A stretch of 63,530 nucleotides of DNA, the filler included, from Octopus bimaculoides (taxonomy: Eukaryota): assembly GCF_001194135.2 (NCBI RefSeq). It is 5 parts of 5 records of this genome, joined end to end, with 100 filler letters (N's around TTAATTAATTAA, not from the genome) between each part and the next. Parts side by side here need not be neighbours in the genome. Positions count along the whole stretch, not along the records: positions 10,428 to 42,052 come from NC_068984.1; 4 more parts are not named here. One strand, 5' to 3'. The position numbers were made by a program, and so were the translations under genes. This document shows, piece by piece, positions 11,662 to 25,668 of the stretch. Positions within the stretch are counted from its first letter, which is position 1. The number at the start of each line of letters is the position of its first letter. The notes under the pieces are model-generated. The model did no database searches. It saw only the letters and a program-made list of their open reading frames with translations, and was not told where the DNA came from.

Positions 11662-12271
11662 CGAGGTCTGATCAATAAGTATCCGGACTGTTGCCATAGT
11701 AACGAAGCTAAAGCACGCAGAGTGAAGCCGCTTAGGAAAGATTGACCTTGAATCCTGCTGTCCATGTGCATTAAGTTTTAACGTTCTAGCTCACTCCCAC
11801 TGTTTATAGCAGTGCTTGGAAGGAAGGTGTGTAGTGTGTGATCGTCGCATTGACCATGACAGAGAAAGCTGTCATGGCGATACCGGCTGAGAGACCGACA
11901 CAAAGTTGCAGAAAGGGTATTGGGAGGAATGTATGAGCCGCACACAAGTGTACAAGTGGTTCAGACGTTTCCAATATGGCCAAAAAATATCGATATTGAT
12001 GAACGTTGTGGGAAACTCGCAACCAGCAGAATTGAGAAAAAACATCTCAGATGTGCGTATAGCTGTGAAGGGAATCGACGAGTCACCATGCGTGATTTAT
12101 TAGAAGATGTGCAGATTAGTTACGGTTCAGTTCAGTCCATTATCATTGAAGATTTGGGTATGAGACGCGTGTCTGCCAAGTTTCTACAAAAACCGCTTTC
12201 AGCTTACCAAAAACGATACTCGGGTTTCAGTTGCACGAGATTTCTTTGATTGTGTCGAGAACGATGAAAAC
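11662..12271 (+). mobile_element. Mariner (Tc1/mariner) DNA transposon, left part; remainder lost in N-gap
   Basis: TA followed by TIR CGAGGTCTGATCAATAAGTATCCGGACT. Frameshifted transposase: CMSRTQVYKWFRRF, ERCGK, NRRVTMRDL..ISYGSVQSIIIEDLGMRRVSAKF. Confidence 0.9.
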
Positions 12272-12878
12272 NNNNNNNNNNNNNNNNNNNNNNNNNNNNN
12301 NNNNNNNNNNNNNNNNNNNNNNNNNNNNNNNNNNNNNNNNNNNNNNNNNNNNNNNNNNNNNNNNNNNNNNNNNNNNNNNNNNNNNNNNNNNNNNNNNNNN
12401 NNNNNNNNNNNNNNNNNNNNNNNNNNNNNNNNNNNNNNNNNNNNNNNNNNNNNNNNNNNNNNNNNNNNNNNNNNNNNNNNNNNNNNNNNNNNNNNNNNNN
12501 NNNNNNNNNNNNNNNNNNNNNNNNNNNNNNNNNNNNNNNNNNNNNNNNNNNNNNNNNNNNNNNNNNNNNNNNNNNNNNNNNNNNNNNNNNNNNNNNNNNN
12601 NNNNNNNNNNNNNNNNNNNNNNNNNNNNNNNNNNNNNNNNNNNNNNNNNNNNNNNNNNNNNNNNNNNNNNNNNNNNNNNNNNNNNNNNNNNNNNNNNNNN
12701 NNNNNNNNNNNNNNNNNNNNNNNNNNNNNNNNNNNNNNNNNNNNNNNNNNNNNNNNNNNNNNNNNNNNNNNNNNNNNNNNNNNNNNNNNNNNNNNNNNNN
12801 NNNNNNNNNNNNNNNNNNNNNNNNNNNNNNNNNNNNNNNNNNNNNNNNNNNNNNNNNNNNNNNNNNNNNNNNNNNNNN

Positions 12879-12943
<65 letters not shown>

Positions 12944-13049
12944 TGTTTCGTTATATTCGCCGAATCCTCATAGTTGCAAAACTGGGTCTTCACCCTCAGC
13001 AAAGATGTTGGACGGTGTTTATAATTCAATACATTGCACAAACGCAGGT

Positions 13050-13401
13050 GAGGTGCAGGCGTGGGTGTATGGTAATAAGTTTGCTTCCCGGTCACATGGT
13101 TTGGGGTTTAGTCCCACTGCGTAGGACCTTGGGCAAGTGTCTTCTATAATAACCCCCAAACGATCAAAGCCTTGTGAGTGGATTTGGTAGACAGAAACTA
13201 AACGATTCCCGTCGTGTAATTGCTCGAAATGTGGAGTAGATAAACAGCCGATAACTGATGAAGGGTCGTTCTTTCTGTTACTTGTCTTATTTTTCCATTT
13301 GTTTCTTTCGTTGTTCGCAAAAAAAACAAAAAAAACGTTCATATTCTATGTTTCCGTATTTCGTATTTCATGTTATTTACGTTCTGCGACGTCCTGTACC
13401 C

Positions 13402-13467
<66 letters not shown>

Positions 13468-13618
13468 NNNNNNNNNNNNNNNNNNNNNNNNNNNNNNNNN
13501 NNNNNNNNNNNNNNNNNNNNNNNNNNNNNNNNNNNNNNNNNNNNNNNNNNNNNNNNNNNNNNNNNNNNNNNNNNNNNNNNNNNNNNNNNNNNNNNNNNNN
13601 NNNNNNNNNNNNNNNNNN

Positions 13619-13682
<64 letters not shown>

Positions 13683-13945
13683 GTGTGTGTGTGTGTGTGT
13701 GTCCTTGTGTATGTGCTTGTCCCCACCACCGTTTGACAAGCGATGTTGGTATGTTTACGTCCCGTGACTTAGCGGTTCAGCAAAAGAAACGGACAGAATA
13801 AGTACCAAGCTTTACAAAAATAAAAGATATAAAATAAAAAAGATTAAAATAAAATAATAAGTACTGGTGTCGATTCATTGGATTAAAATTCTTTAAGAGT
13901 GCGACAGCATGGCCGTAGACTAATGACTGAAACAAGTAGAAGATA
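13050..13945 (+). mobile_element. tRNA-derived SINE family A (CORE-like ccttgggcaagtg, internal AT/GT microsatellite), interrupted
   Basis: Head 13050-13215 and tail ..gactgaaacaagtagaaga, both homologous to the copy at 29979-30378. An unrelated ~170-bp segment is inserted. Confidence 0.75.
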
Positions 13946-14699
13946 AATGTTTGAAAGATAAACAAGCCCACTAACTGTAAAACTTCTGGTTTTGCTGTTC
14001 TGAGGTCTTATCGTGTCAGCGGATATAATGAAACCTATGCACAGCCTTTTCCTCCGACATCCAACGGAGTTCTCCGCAATGTGACGGAATTGAAAGCCAG
14101 GTTAAGGCTGTTTCCTAAACTCTAGTTTTCATCAATCATCGTATAACGCTTTCCCCCTCTTTCTATTTAAGCGTTATTTCAATTTTTATTTATTTATTTA
14201 TTTATTTATTCATTCATTTATTTATTTATTTATTCGTTTATTTATCTCTTGTGATGTCTCATTCCAAACATCTGACACACCATGTTGACTATTCACGTGG
14301 TTGTTGAACATGATATATAGTTGACTGGAATCTGTGACCTACTCGTTAGATGAGGTTGTATACATACATACATACATACATACATACATACATACATACA
14401 TACATACATACTATATACGTGGATAATCTCTGTGCATGTGTGTGTGTATATATATAGGTATAGTGATGCAAACATTCTCTCTATCTCTCTCTCTCCCTCT
14501 CTCTCTGTATGTATATATATATATATATGTGTGTGTGCGTGTGTGTGTGTATGTATGTATATATATATATTTATCTATATATATATGCATATCTATGTAT
14601 ATATATATATGTATATATATGTATATATATGTATATATATATATGCATATATGTATATATATGTACGTATATATATATATATGCATATATATATATCAC

Positions 14700-14736
<37 letters not shown>

Positions 14737-14862
14737 NNNNNNNNNNNNNNNNNNNNNNNNNNNNNNNNNNNNNNNNNNNNNNNNNNNNNNNNNNNNNNNN
14801 NNNNNNNNNNNNNNNNNNNNNNNNNNNNNNNNNNNNNNNNNNNNNNNNNNNNNNNNNNNNNN

Positions 14863-14936
<74 letters not shown>

Positions 14937-15080
14937 GTATGTATGTATATATGTATGTATGTATATATGTATGTATGTATATCAGTTGCTTTCCATGCGT
15001 ATGAATATAAATCTCTGTGCATATGTGTATATGTGTATGTGCGTATATTTGCGTATACTTGTATATATATAATTGTGTGT

Positions 15081-15121
<41 letters not shown>

Positions 15122-16102
15122 TATAGATCTCAGTGTGTGTGTGATACAGATCTCAGGATTATGAAAATCGAAATTTTTCTTGTACAAATGGTCGCATAAT
15201 ATCAACAGACATTTTTTCAATGCAATTTTGCATATGTATGTAGGTTTACAGTAAACCTGTATACATATTTGTAAACTTCCATTCTTGTCTAAAAGATATT
15301 TATTTCATTTGATTCCGTTTCCCTTTGGTTTCATTCCGAATTAAACTAGCATTTATAGTTTTTCTGTGTAAATTCTTAAGTCTTAAGAAGAACCCTTCAA
15401 AGAGAAACCCTTCATGATTTGGGGCTCATTTCTTACCAGTTTCTTTATCATGATGTGTGTTTTACAGCCTAAGGAAAATCTTAGGAAGAAAAACTAAGAA
15501 CACCATCATCACTATCAGCAACACTAACTGAAACATTATCAACCATATGAAGCATGAAAATGTTGTCTTTGAGATAATTATAGATGGTGATGCCTACAAT
15601 GTTGTATATGATTTAAAACGTCATGTTGAATACGAGAGAAGAGATGGAAGCTTGATTGAATACTTAATGTATTGTTACAATTTACAATAAAATGAATTTT
15701 AGATGAATTACCTTGCTGTTCTTTGAGGCGAATTGAAACATTACAATATTTTTCACGTATATANNNNNNNNNNNNNNNNNNNNNNNNNNNNNNNNNNNNN
15801 NNNNNNNNNNNNNNNNNNNNNNNNNNNNNNNNNNNNNNNNNNNNNNNNNNNNNNNNNNNNNNNNNNNNNNNNNNNNNNNNNNNNNNNNNNNNNNNNNNNN
15901 NNNNNNNNNNNNNNNNNNNNNNNNNNNNNNNNNNNNNNNNNNNNNNNNNNNNNNNNNNNNNNNNNNNNNNNNNNNNNNNNNNNNNNNNNNNNNNNNNNNN
16001 NNNNNNNNNNNNNNNNNNNNNNNNNNNNNNNNNNNNNNNNNNNNNNNNNNNNNNNNNNNNNNNNNNNNNNNNNNNNNNNNNNNNNNNNNNNNNNNNNNNN
16101 NN

Positions 16103-16166
<64 letters not shown>

Positions 16167-16229
16167 CACAATAAATACATACATATACTGATATTCATGG
16201 GGGACAGTTTTTCTTTTGGGCATGATATA

Positions 16230-16489
16230 TTGGTTTCAAATTTTGATACAAAGCCAGCAATTTCGGGGAAGGGAGTAAACCGATTACATCGACCGCAGTG
16301 CTTGACTGGTACTTATTTTATCGACTTCGAAAGAACAGAGGGCAAAGTCGATCTCGGCAAAATCTGAACTCAGAACGTAAGAAGTGACGCAAAGTAATTT
16401 GTCTGACATGCTAATGATTGTCTGCTAATGATTGTCTGGCATGCTAATAATTGTCTGGCATGTTAATGATTCTGCTAGTTCGCCGCCTT
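16230..16489 (-). mobile_element. tRNA-derived SINE family B (central gcctttcatcctttcggggtcgataaa domain, Deu/Nin-like)
   Basis: Homologous to 22114-22346. Carries an internal 14-19-nt tandem duplication at 16399-16469. Confidence 0.75.
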
Positions 16490-16646
16490 ATTTCGAATAT
16501 GTTATACTAAAAATATGAATGTTAATGAGTTTTGTATTTCCTTATTACTCCTTTACGTTTACTTTGGAACAATAGCGTCTGTCAGTCTTTCTAATCATTC
16601 ACGGTCTCATCTTCTGAATGTACATATTTGTAACTATGAATGTACT

Positions 16647-16678
<32 letters not shown>

Positions 16679-16803
16679 TGTATGTATGTATGTATGTATG
16701 TATGTATGTATGTATGTATGTACATACGAATGAATGTGTGTCTGTATATAGGTATGAATGAATGTATGTCTGTATGTTTATATACATACACACACACACA
16801 CAT

Positions 16804-16861
<58 letters not shown>

Positions 16862-17929
16862 GTATGTATGTATGCATACACACACACACACACATACATA
16901 CATACACACATACATACATACACACATACATACATATAGTGTGTGTGTGTGTGTGCGCGCACACACATACAAGCACACACTCACGCACGCACATATACAC
17001 ATAATGATAGCTAAAGAACCATATTGTAATGGATGTTGAGTAAAAAGCTGGAAAGCATTTTCTATTTATCATATTGTCTAAACTGAAGCCAGTCATGCTT
17101 GAAATATGTGCCTTGATTTTTAGCAGACGTGGCCACTTCCTACTGTGGATACTTCTTGTTTGCAATGACTTCATATTCTGGCATAATTGCTGACCGTTTT
17201 TATTGCTACGAGACCAAATGGCTGTTGCAAACTCGAGTAATTATTTGCTGAGTAAACTCGAGCATTGCATAGATTGATTCAGGATATTGGGGGCACTTCA
17301 TAGAATTAAAACAGGTATAACATAATGTCATAATTCAAGCTAAGCATATCACATCATAGCAAAAAATTGATCCACGAGAAAAGAAGATTAAGACGACTAG
17401 GCATCAGTAAAACTGATTTTGCAGAAAAATTAAGTGTGCTCATATTACTTCTGCTTATCTCTGACTGAATGGAACCCCAACAATGGTTATGGTTACAAAT
17501 TCCACGAACAAGTTATGCATATATACTGAAGTGGCTAAATCAAGCTGAAACACCGGCGTCTGACAGTTCACTGATGTCATCCTTAGTAAGCTGCATTTTT
17601 AATACATAAAGCCTCAGAAGAAAAGTTACTGAGATAAATAAAACAGCTAGTAAGCATTTACATACACATATAAATATCATTATGGCCTTCGAAATAGAAA
17701 GCTGTGACAGTGAAACACACATGCATTACATTATAAAGAATTTATTCAATATATCTTCACTGCATGTGGCTCCTTTGGTTAATTGAGTTTCTGCATAAAA
17801 TATTTTACATTTTTCATGTACTAAAACATACATATTAACAATATACATATATAATATGTATTTCAAACATTGCATATGTACATTCTACAGTGCATCGTAC
17901 ACTAATTTGAACACGATTTACATATTCTT

Positions 17930-18222
17930 TCATTGAATCTCTTTTGTAAACAAAACTGGAACAACGTGTCCTTGGAACTCTTTTCGTTTGTTTCTGATAT
18001 TACCTTTAGTACTCTGGTTCCGTTTTTCCCAGAAATTCAGAGTCATTTCATGAAACCAGAGGCAAATTTGTCCCCAAATCCCACAAATCCCCTCGCATCC
18101 ACCTCAAAGGCTTTGCCTTGAATTACAAATTCTCTCTAGTTGTTGGCTAAACTGGCATTCTTTTCAGTTTCGTGTATGTGAACTTGCTCTATTTTGCTTT
18201 TATATGGCACAGTGAGTACTTT
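17930..18222 (-). mobile_element. RLE-type non-LTR retrotransposon 3' fragment (HERO-like)
   Basis: KVLTVPYKSKIEQVHIHETEKNASL..*..KAFEVDARGFVG resembles the ELTVPxE..K..KY..L..VEVGxRGF restriction-like endonuclease motif. Adjacent to (CATA)n. Confidence 0.55.
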
Positions 18223-18747
18223 TTTCAATACATACATACATACATATGAACTCGAAGCGACAAGTTGCGTATTTGGCATGGGAGATTATTTATCGAAAAT
18301 ACGCTGAGTACTATCTCCAACTTTGGAACCACAACCATCAGCCTTGTTTAATAACTGGTTAATCTTCTGATAAATTAACTGAGGGAGCCTTTTATTCACG
18401 ATCGTAATGATTTTCGACTGAAACTTGAATTTAACATGCGTAGAGTTACTACAAACAACATGGCTGGACATAACATCAACAACAACAACACAACCGAGGA
18501 ATAGAGCGAAAACAACAGCTCAATAGGTCTGCACATATACATACATACACTGCACATATACATATATACACACATACATGCAAACAAACAAAAATACCCT
18601 GTTGTTGATATTCCAATGAAGGAGCCCTGGATCTAGGTTAGAAACCGTCTCTTTCTCTACTGGTAAGGAATCTTGAAATAAAACTGAATAACGACATGCA
18701 CACAGACACACAGACATACAAACACGCGCGGGCATATATTAATGCAT

Positions 18748-18779
<32 letters not shown>

Positions 18780-21700
18780 GTAGATTTATCAAACACACAC
18801 ACAGATATATGTATGCGCATTTGTGTTCTAACCTCCATACCCAAAGAAATAATATTTTACAATACAAGATGTTAATAGATTAATATAGGAAAGTTGTGTC
18901 TCAGCATGACCGAAGTCCAATGACTAAAAACGGTAGAAGCGTAAAAGAGATAAACACGCATATTACATATAAACTCATTCGAAGATAAACACAATTTTCA
19001 CGCATGCACGCATTCATAGAATAGTGATCTTCAAGATATAATTGACGACGCAGATTAAGTTATTAACTTAATAACTATTTCCGGCCAAGTATTAAACACA
19101 TTCAAACATTGTCGAAAGAAGACATCAAAGACGTATTCTTTAAACAAAATTGGTGTAAATTATCTATTCGAAAACACATACACACATGACAGCACACATG
19201 AAAGTGCACGGATATATATANNNNNNNNNNNNNNNNNNNNNNNNNNNNNNNNNNNNNNNNNNNNNNNNNNNNNNNNNNNNNNNNNNNNNNNNNNNNNNNN
19301 NNNNNNNNNNNNNNNNNNNNNNNNNNNNNNNNNNNNNNNNNNNNNNNNNNNNNNNNNNNNNNNNNNNNNNNNNNNNNNNNNNNNNNNNNNNNNNNNNNNN
19401 NNNNNNNNNNNNNNNNNNNNNNNNNNNNNNNNNNNNNNNNNNNNNNNNNNNNNNNNNNNNNNNNNNNNNNNNNNNNNNNNNNNNNNNNNNNNNNNNNNNN
19501 NNNNNNNNNNNNNNNNNNNNNNNNNNNNNNNNNNNNNNNNNNNNNNNNNNNNNNNNNNNNNNNNNNNNNNNNNNNNNNNNNNNNNNNNNNNNNNNNNNNN
19601 NNNNNNNNNNNNNNNNNNNNNNNNNNNNNNNNNNNNNNNNNNNNNNNNNNNNNNNNNNNNNNNNNNNNNNNNNNNNNNNNNNNNNNNNNNNNNNNNNNNN
19701 NNNNNNNNNNNNNNNNNNNNNNNNNNNNNNNNNNNNNNNNNNNNNNNNNNNNNNNNNNNNNNNNNNNNNNNNNNNNNNNNNNNNNNNNNNNNNNNNNNNN
19801 NNNNNNNNNNNNNNNNNNNNNNNNNNNNNNNNNNNNNNNNNNNNNNNNNNNNNNNNNNNNNNNNNNNNNNNNNNNNNNNNNNNNNNNNNNNNNNNNNNNN
19901 NNNNNNNNNNNNNNNNNNNNNNNNNNNNNNNNNNNNNNNNNNNNNNNNNNNNNNNNNNNNNNNNNNNNNNNNNNNNNNNNNNNNNNNNNNNNNNNNNNNN
20001 NNNNNNNNNNNNNNNNNNNNNNNNNNNNNNNNNNNNNNNNNNNNNNNNNNNNNNNNNNNNNNNNNNNNNNNNNNNNNNNNNNNNNNNNNNNNNNNNNNNN
20101 NNNNNNNNNNNNNNNNNNNNNNNNNNNNNNNNNNNNNNNNNNNNNNNNNNNNNNNNNNNNATATATATATTTATAAAAAGAAGTTTGAAAACGCCAATAT
20201 ATAACAAATGAATTTTAATTTATAATTTTGTCAGAGATATTTTTAACATGTTTCGGTTCTTGGAAAAACGAACCTTACACATATATAAATGTATGTATGT
20301 ATGTATGCATATATAAAGATACATAGAGAAGGAGAGAGAGACAATGAAACATTGAGACGTAGAGAAAGGTGTCTGTGTGTGTGGAGGAGACATAGCACTA
20401 TAGAAATATGTCACAAATGGGACAACCGCAAAACATGTTCAAAGAGTAACGTCATGTTTGTAATTAAAGTTCTAGTTCTTGTGAGAAAAATATCAATACG
20501 AGACCAGCATCTGTTCAGAATTGAGGAAGATTTGTCACTGACCCGCTTAATGTATGAATTACATGTCGAATATCTGCGTCACGTAAAATGATAAATGCAT
20601 GCTAGTTAATCCTCTTAGCTTCTGGAAACCGTTCAACTGTAGAGAACTGGATATACCTTATGTATTGTATTTTAAGGTGCTGACCATTATTAGGAAGTTA
20701 ACTTGAACACCATTAGCAAAAAAATAATAGCATTATCTCATTAATCACAGCACTTGTAACGATATATATAAAAAAATCAACAACATAACTAAAGCCTAGA
20801 AATACATCTATACTTTCAATGTGAAGAGATCTTAATTTCTGATAACATCATAAACGATTTCGTTCAGATATTCATAAGTCATATCTTGTAAGAATATTGA
20901 ATTGAATTAACTCTGGTTATGTATTACTTGTATTCATTTGATTCCATCCCGTAGTGATATAAAACAAAGAAATATCTGACGAACTTTAAATTCAAAACAT
21001 AAAGAGAGAGATATGCTAAATATTGTATGCTGGATCCTCTCCGGCTTCTTCATATTCTGTCCACCCTACCCCTCAGGCTTCAGACCAAGCACTTGATCCA
21101 CTCCTTCCTCAGAAAATTACCTCTTCTGCCCATGACTTTTTTTTTTTTTTTATCTACGAACGTTAACGAGCAGCTGTTGAAAAAGGACATTTTTCGTATC
21201 GACCTCACCGCTCTCAGATGGCGTGCCGACATCATGGAGACAGCTTCTTCGCCCACACAAAACCATAAAAATATTTTTTAAATATACCCTTCATATTGCT
21301 CTTGACATGATAATTAATTTGAATCAGAAATGGAAAATGGTTTAAAAGTATTCTTCGCAGCCCAGATTACATCTACCATATGGTGTCTCAAAGATGTCCA
21401 GTCTTGTCCTGTCGTTAAAGAATACAAATGACTTCACCGTATCAAAGAATGAAAAATGGTTAACCCAGAAGAAAATAAATTGAAACTGAAGTAGTTTTCG
21501 AGGGCTATCAGAAGAAGAATTGATTAATACCTTCTTTGGTAAATGCATTGGCGGAAAAATATGTTTGGTAAATGTTGATCTGCAAAGATTTTGTTCACCA
21601 ACGACTGTCACTAATTTCTCAATATGCTAACACTTATGCATGCAAATAGCTATGCATACAAAGACATAATACATAGATGTGCAACTTTCCTAAACACACT

Positions 21701-21904
21701 CACAAACATACACACACACATACATGCACACGCACGCGCACACATGCACACACGCACACACGAATGTGTTTAGCCATACAAACTGAAATGACACCCGCAT
21801 TCACATGTTTGTACATAATGAAATAACAGATTTGACAAATGTCACTCACTCATAGGCACACACATTTCTGATCACAAATACAAGCGCGCACGCACACTCT
21901 CTAT

Positions 21905-21970
<66 letters not shown>

Positions 21971-22113
21971 AAGTACTACTACGAATATGTATACAAGCAT
22001 TCACTATATGACCCTACCACATAAAGACAGATTTTCTCACAAACACTCAGAATTAGATATATTCCCATTTCTCTATCTCTCATCCTGTGTATAAATCTGT
22101 CTGTCAATCCATC

Positions 22114-22346
22114 TTATTTCTTTATTGCTCACAAGGGGCTAAACATAGAGGGGACAAACAATGAAAGACAAAGGGATTAAGTCGATTACATCGAACCCAG
22201 TGCGTAACTGGTACTTAATTTATCGACCCCGAAAGGATGAAAGGCAAAGTCGACCTCGGCGGAATTTGAACTCAGAACGTAACGGCAGACGAAATACTAT
22301 TAAGCATTTCGCCCGGCGTGCTGACGTTTCTGCCAGCTCATCGCCT
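22114..22346 (-). mobile_element. SINE family B, near-intact
   Basis: A-box tggcagaaacg, B-box gagttcaaattcc, central gactttgcctttcatcctttcggggtcgataaattaagtacc. Confidence 0.88.
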
Positions 22347-23129
22347 TTCTATCTATCTATCTATCTATCTATCTATCCATCTATCAGTCTGTCTATCAAT
22401 ACACNNNNNNNNNNNNNNNNNNNNNNNNNNNNNNNNNNNNNNNNNNNNNNNNNNNNNNNNNNNNNNNNNNNNNNNNNNNNNNNNNNNNNNNNNNNNNNNN
22501 NNNNNNNNNNNNACACACATATATATATATGCATACATCTAAATACATGCTCAACACACACACACACACACACATACACACACATACATACACACACACA
22601 CACATACACACACACACATACACACACACACGCACATATATATCATCCCCAACATCATTAAAGACTCACGCTCACACATGGAATTATATGTGAAATATGA
22701 ACGTGTGAGGATTATGTATAGAGAAACCTTTCCTCCATATTCTTTTTCTTTAACTATACGAAGATATCGAATTAACACAAAGACAATCAAGTATAAAACC
22801 ACAAGTCTCCCCTCCCACCCTCCTTCATCCTCTTCAAGTCGCCTACCATTATTTAGAATAATGACCACATATCTGAAGATCTGCATGGTCACAGCTGGTA
22901 TGTCAATGGAATAAAAAAAGACATCAATGAGCTGTTTTCGTGTTAGGTCAGCTGCGCTTGAACTCAAGAAGAATACAGCAACTCACACAATCAAACTGTC
23001 ACGTGCCTAAACAATAAAAAAATAAAACTCACAAGCACACAAACACATACATACATACATACATACATACATCAGTATGCATTAATGTATGCAGTTCGTT
23101 GATAGTCAACGATGATCATTCAAATAAAA

Positions 23130-23620
23130 TGTTCAAAGTCATATCAGGAGTATTAGAAATGCCTCGCTCTCCTCCAACTGTGCCTGACTTCAGTTGTTAG
23201 TGTCTAACTGCAGGTACCAATGCCTTGTGCCTCTCAACTTACAGTTTGGTATATGACTGTTGGAAGCCTACTTTTATTTCTCGAACCGCAAGGCAACTTA
23301 TTTGTCTTGCCAGCTGAGTTTCCGACATTCTTTAGTCATACGAAAACTAGCGAAGATTTTGTTGCATCGCTATTTCTTGGTTTTATTTAGGATAATATTC
23401 CTGACATTATCTTTCCACTTGGTTTTAATGGTCTCAGGTGTCGTCTCAACACGAATGCATACATGTAGTGCATTTTTACCGGTTTACAGTATGCCATCTA
23501 CGCGTCCGTTTCATAAAATAGGGTGGTCAATACTGTTGCTCAGTATAATTTGCTCTTCACTTTGTCAACACAGTTGCTCTCTTATTACTGTGTTGTTCAG
23601 TTAGGTAACGTGCTTCATCT
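23130..23620 (-). mobile_element. Highly degraded RTE LINE fragment
   Basis: KLY*ATVLTTLFYETDA*MAY and SRLPTVIY resemble the RTE VYRAVVLTTLLYG and RLPK motifs. Confidence 0.45.
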
Positions 23621-24225
23621 CTACAAGTTCTTGCTCTTAGATTATGACGGACTCAGATTGTGCCATATAACTTGAATTAGGATATCGTTTGATAAAGACC
23701 TTTCATTTGCTGGATAAAATGTTTTAAAGTCAAACGTCGTGGCTTTCAGCCTCAATGCCATCTTCCTTACTAACTAACATATGTTGGTTTTTGCTATCAA
23801 GCACAACTTTATCTACGTCATACACTGTGGTGTAAAAACAAAGAACATCTTTCAATTATACTACTTGGTTTCTGTTGCATTTCTCTGAGATACATTTTCT
23901 AAAATGACCTGTTCCCTTTTGGAATTATTGCGAAAGCAATCTTCGATCGAAGCATTTTGTTATCTGTGCTACACTTTTCATCTTCTTAACATTCTTATAG
24001 TGCGTACATCAACCATTGTCCTGCTGCCTTCTTAGCCTCCGAGATGCCAGTTCTTAAAGCTCGGATACATCCAGGTCTCTTCCCACAGTGTAACGTATCT
24101 CTTCACTTTTGAGGCGAATCTGGATAGGTTTCTTCGCCGACAATGCACATGTCGCACTGACTTACAAGATTACATAATACATACATACATACATACATAC
24201 ATACATGCATGCATACATACATACA

Positions 24226-24490
24226 TGATGGCCGTCCACTCGTAATCGCGGAAGACCATTGCTGACCTTTAGGAACATTGTGCGCTCTAGGACTAACCTT
24301 ATATTTTGCATTTCCGTTGGTGGCTAAAGAGCCCTGCTCTTGACAAGCATACATGACTGCAAATATTGCAAACCAAGCCTTCTCCATCCACTACGATAGC
24401 AGTCGCTTTCGAGCAGCACGCTTAAATTCTTCATGAAGAATACAAGCTCTTTCAAATGTGTCAACCCCCTTCTTAACCTGCTTCCTCCAT
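24226..24490 (-). mobile_element. RTE-BovB-like LINE 3' terminus with (ATGT)n tail
   Basis: GVDTFERACILHEEFKRAARKR and DGEGLVCNICSHVCLSRAGLFSHQRKCKI*. The 3'UTR ends ..gtggacggccatc followed by the repeat tail. Confidence 0.75.
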
Positions 24491-24506
24491 ACATACATAC
24501 ATACAT

Positions 24507-25080
24507 ATTCTTTGTAAGCCTAGTACTTATTCTATCGGTCTCTTTAGCCGAACCGCTAAGTTACGGGGACGTAAACACCTCAGCATCGGTTGTCAAGCGG
24601 TGTTGGGGGGGACACAGACACACNNNNNNNNNNNNNNNNNNNNNNNNNNNNNNNNNNNNNNNNNNNNNNNNNNNNNNNNNNNNNNNNNNNNNNNNNNNNN
24701 NNNNNNNNNNNNNNNNNNNNNNNNNNNNNNNNNNNNNNNNNNNNNNNNNNNNNNNNNNNNNNNNNNNNNNNNNNNNNNNNNNNNNNNNNNNNNNNNNNNN
24801 NNNNNNNNNNNNNNNNNNNNNNNNNNNNNNNNNNNNNNNNNNNNNNNNNNNNNNNNNNNNNNNNNNNNNNNNNNNNNNNNNNNNNNNNNNTATATATATA
24901 TATATATATATGGATATATACGACGGGCTTCTTTCAGTTCCCGTCTACCAAATCCACTCACGAGGCTTTGGTCGGCCCAAGGCTATAGTAGAAGACACTT
25001 GCCCAAGGTGCCACGCAGTGGGACCGAACCCGGAACCATGTGGTTGGTAAGCAAGCTACTTACCATACAGCCACTCCTAC
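24507..25080 (-). mobile_element. SINE family A, 3'-truncated, with gap in its internal microsatellite
   Basis: High identity to 29979-30378. A-box tggctgtatgg, B-box ggttcggtccc. Confidence 0.88.
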
Positions 25081-25633
25081 ATACATGCAATTAAATACCA
25101 CGCATTAAACATAGATATCAGATTCAGTTTATTTTAGAAAAGACTATTAAAGGCAAGAAGAAGAACAAAATACTCATAGCATCAATCACCAAAGATATTA
25201 ACTCCATAGAATCCCGAAGACTTCTGCTCATGCTAGGAGAGTCATTAAAGCATCGGTAATTGTTCCGGATTGCTGCGTTTCAAGTTCAAATTCCATCGAG
25301 GTCATTTTTCCATTATATTCTTTGAGGCTGAATAAATAAAATATCTGTACTGTACTGACGCCGATTTCTTTTTCTAACTTTTTCGTTGTCTGTCTTTTTT
25401 TTCTTCTTGCAGAAGAAATCAACTGTCGTCAAACATGGAATGGGATCGACTCCGCCAGATCTAAAATGCCCCAAACACGCCGTATCTCACAGCGGTGTCC
25501 CTACGATTCCATCGGGAAGTTAAGGGCGTAGCATATGTTGTGCATGGCCTTACATTCCACTATACTTTCCTTCTTTTTTTCTTTTTTGTTCTTTTTCTTC
25601 CATTCTCGCATTGCTTCCTCTCTTTCTCTCTCT

Positions 25634-25668
<35 letters not shown>

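Noticed and set aside
13225-13270. gctcgaaa...ctgatgaaggg as a permuted (type II) hammerhead
   Set aside because: G at the cleavage position and no stem I hairpin.
17040-17300. Short open frames (..GIIADRFY..) suggesting a transporter exon
   Set aside because: Weak splice sites and no supporting neighbouring exons.
21027-21281. 84-aa ORF with a nearby AGATGGCG (YY1-like) motif
   Set aside because: No recognisable domain. It may be a repeat remnant, and a single short motif is insufficient for a promoter call.
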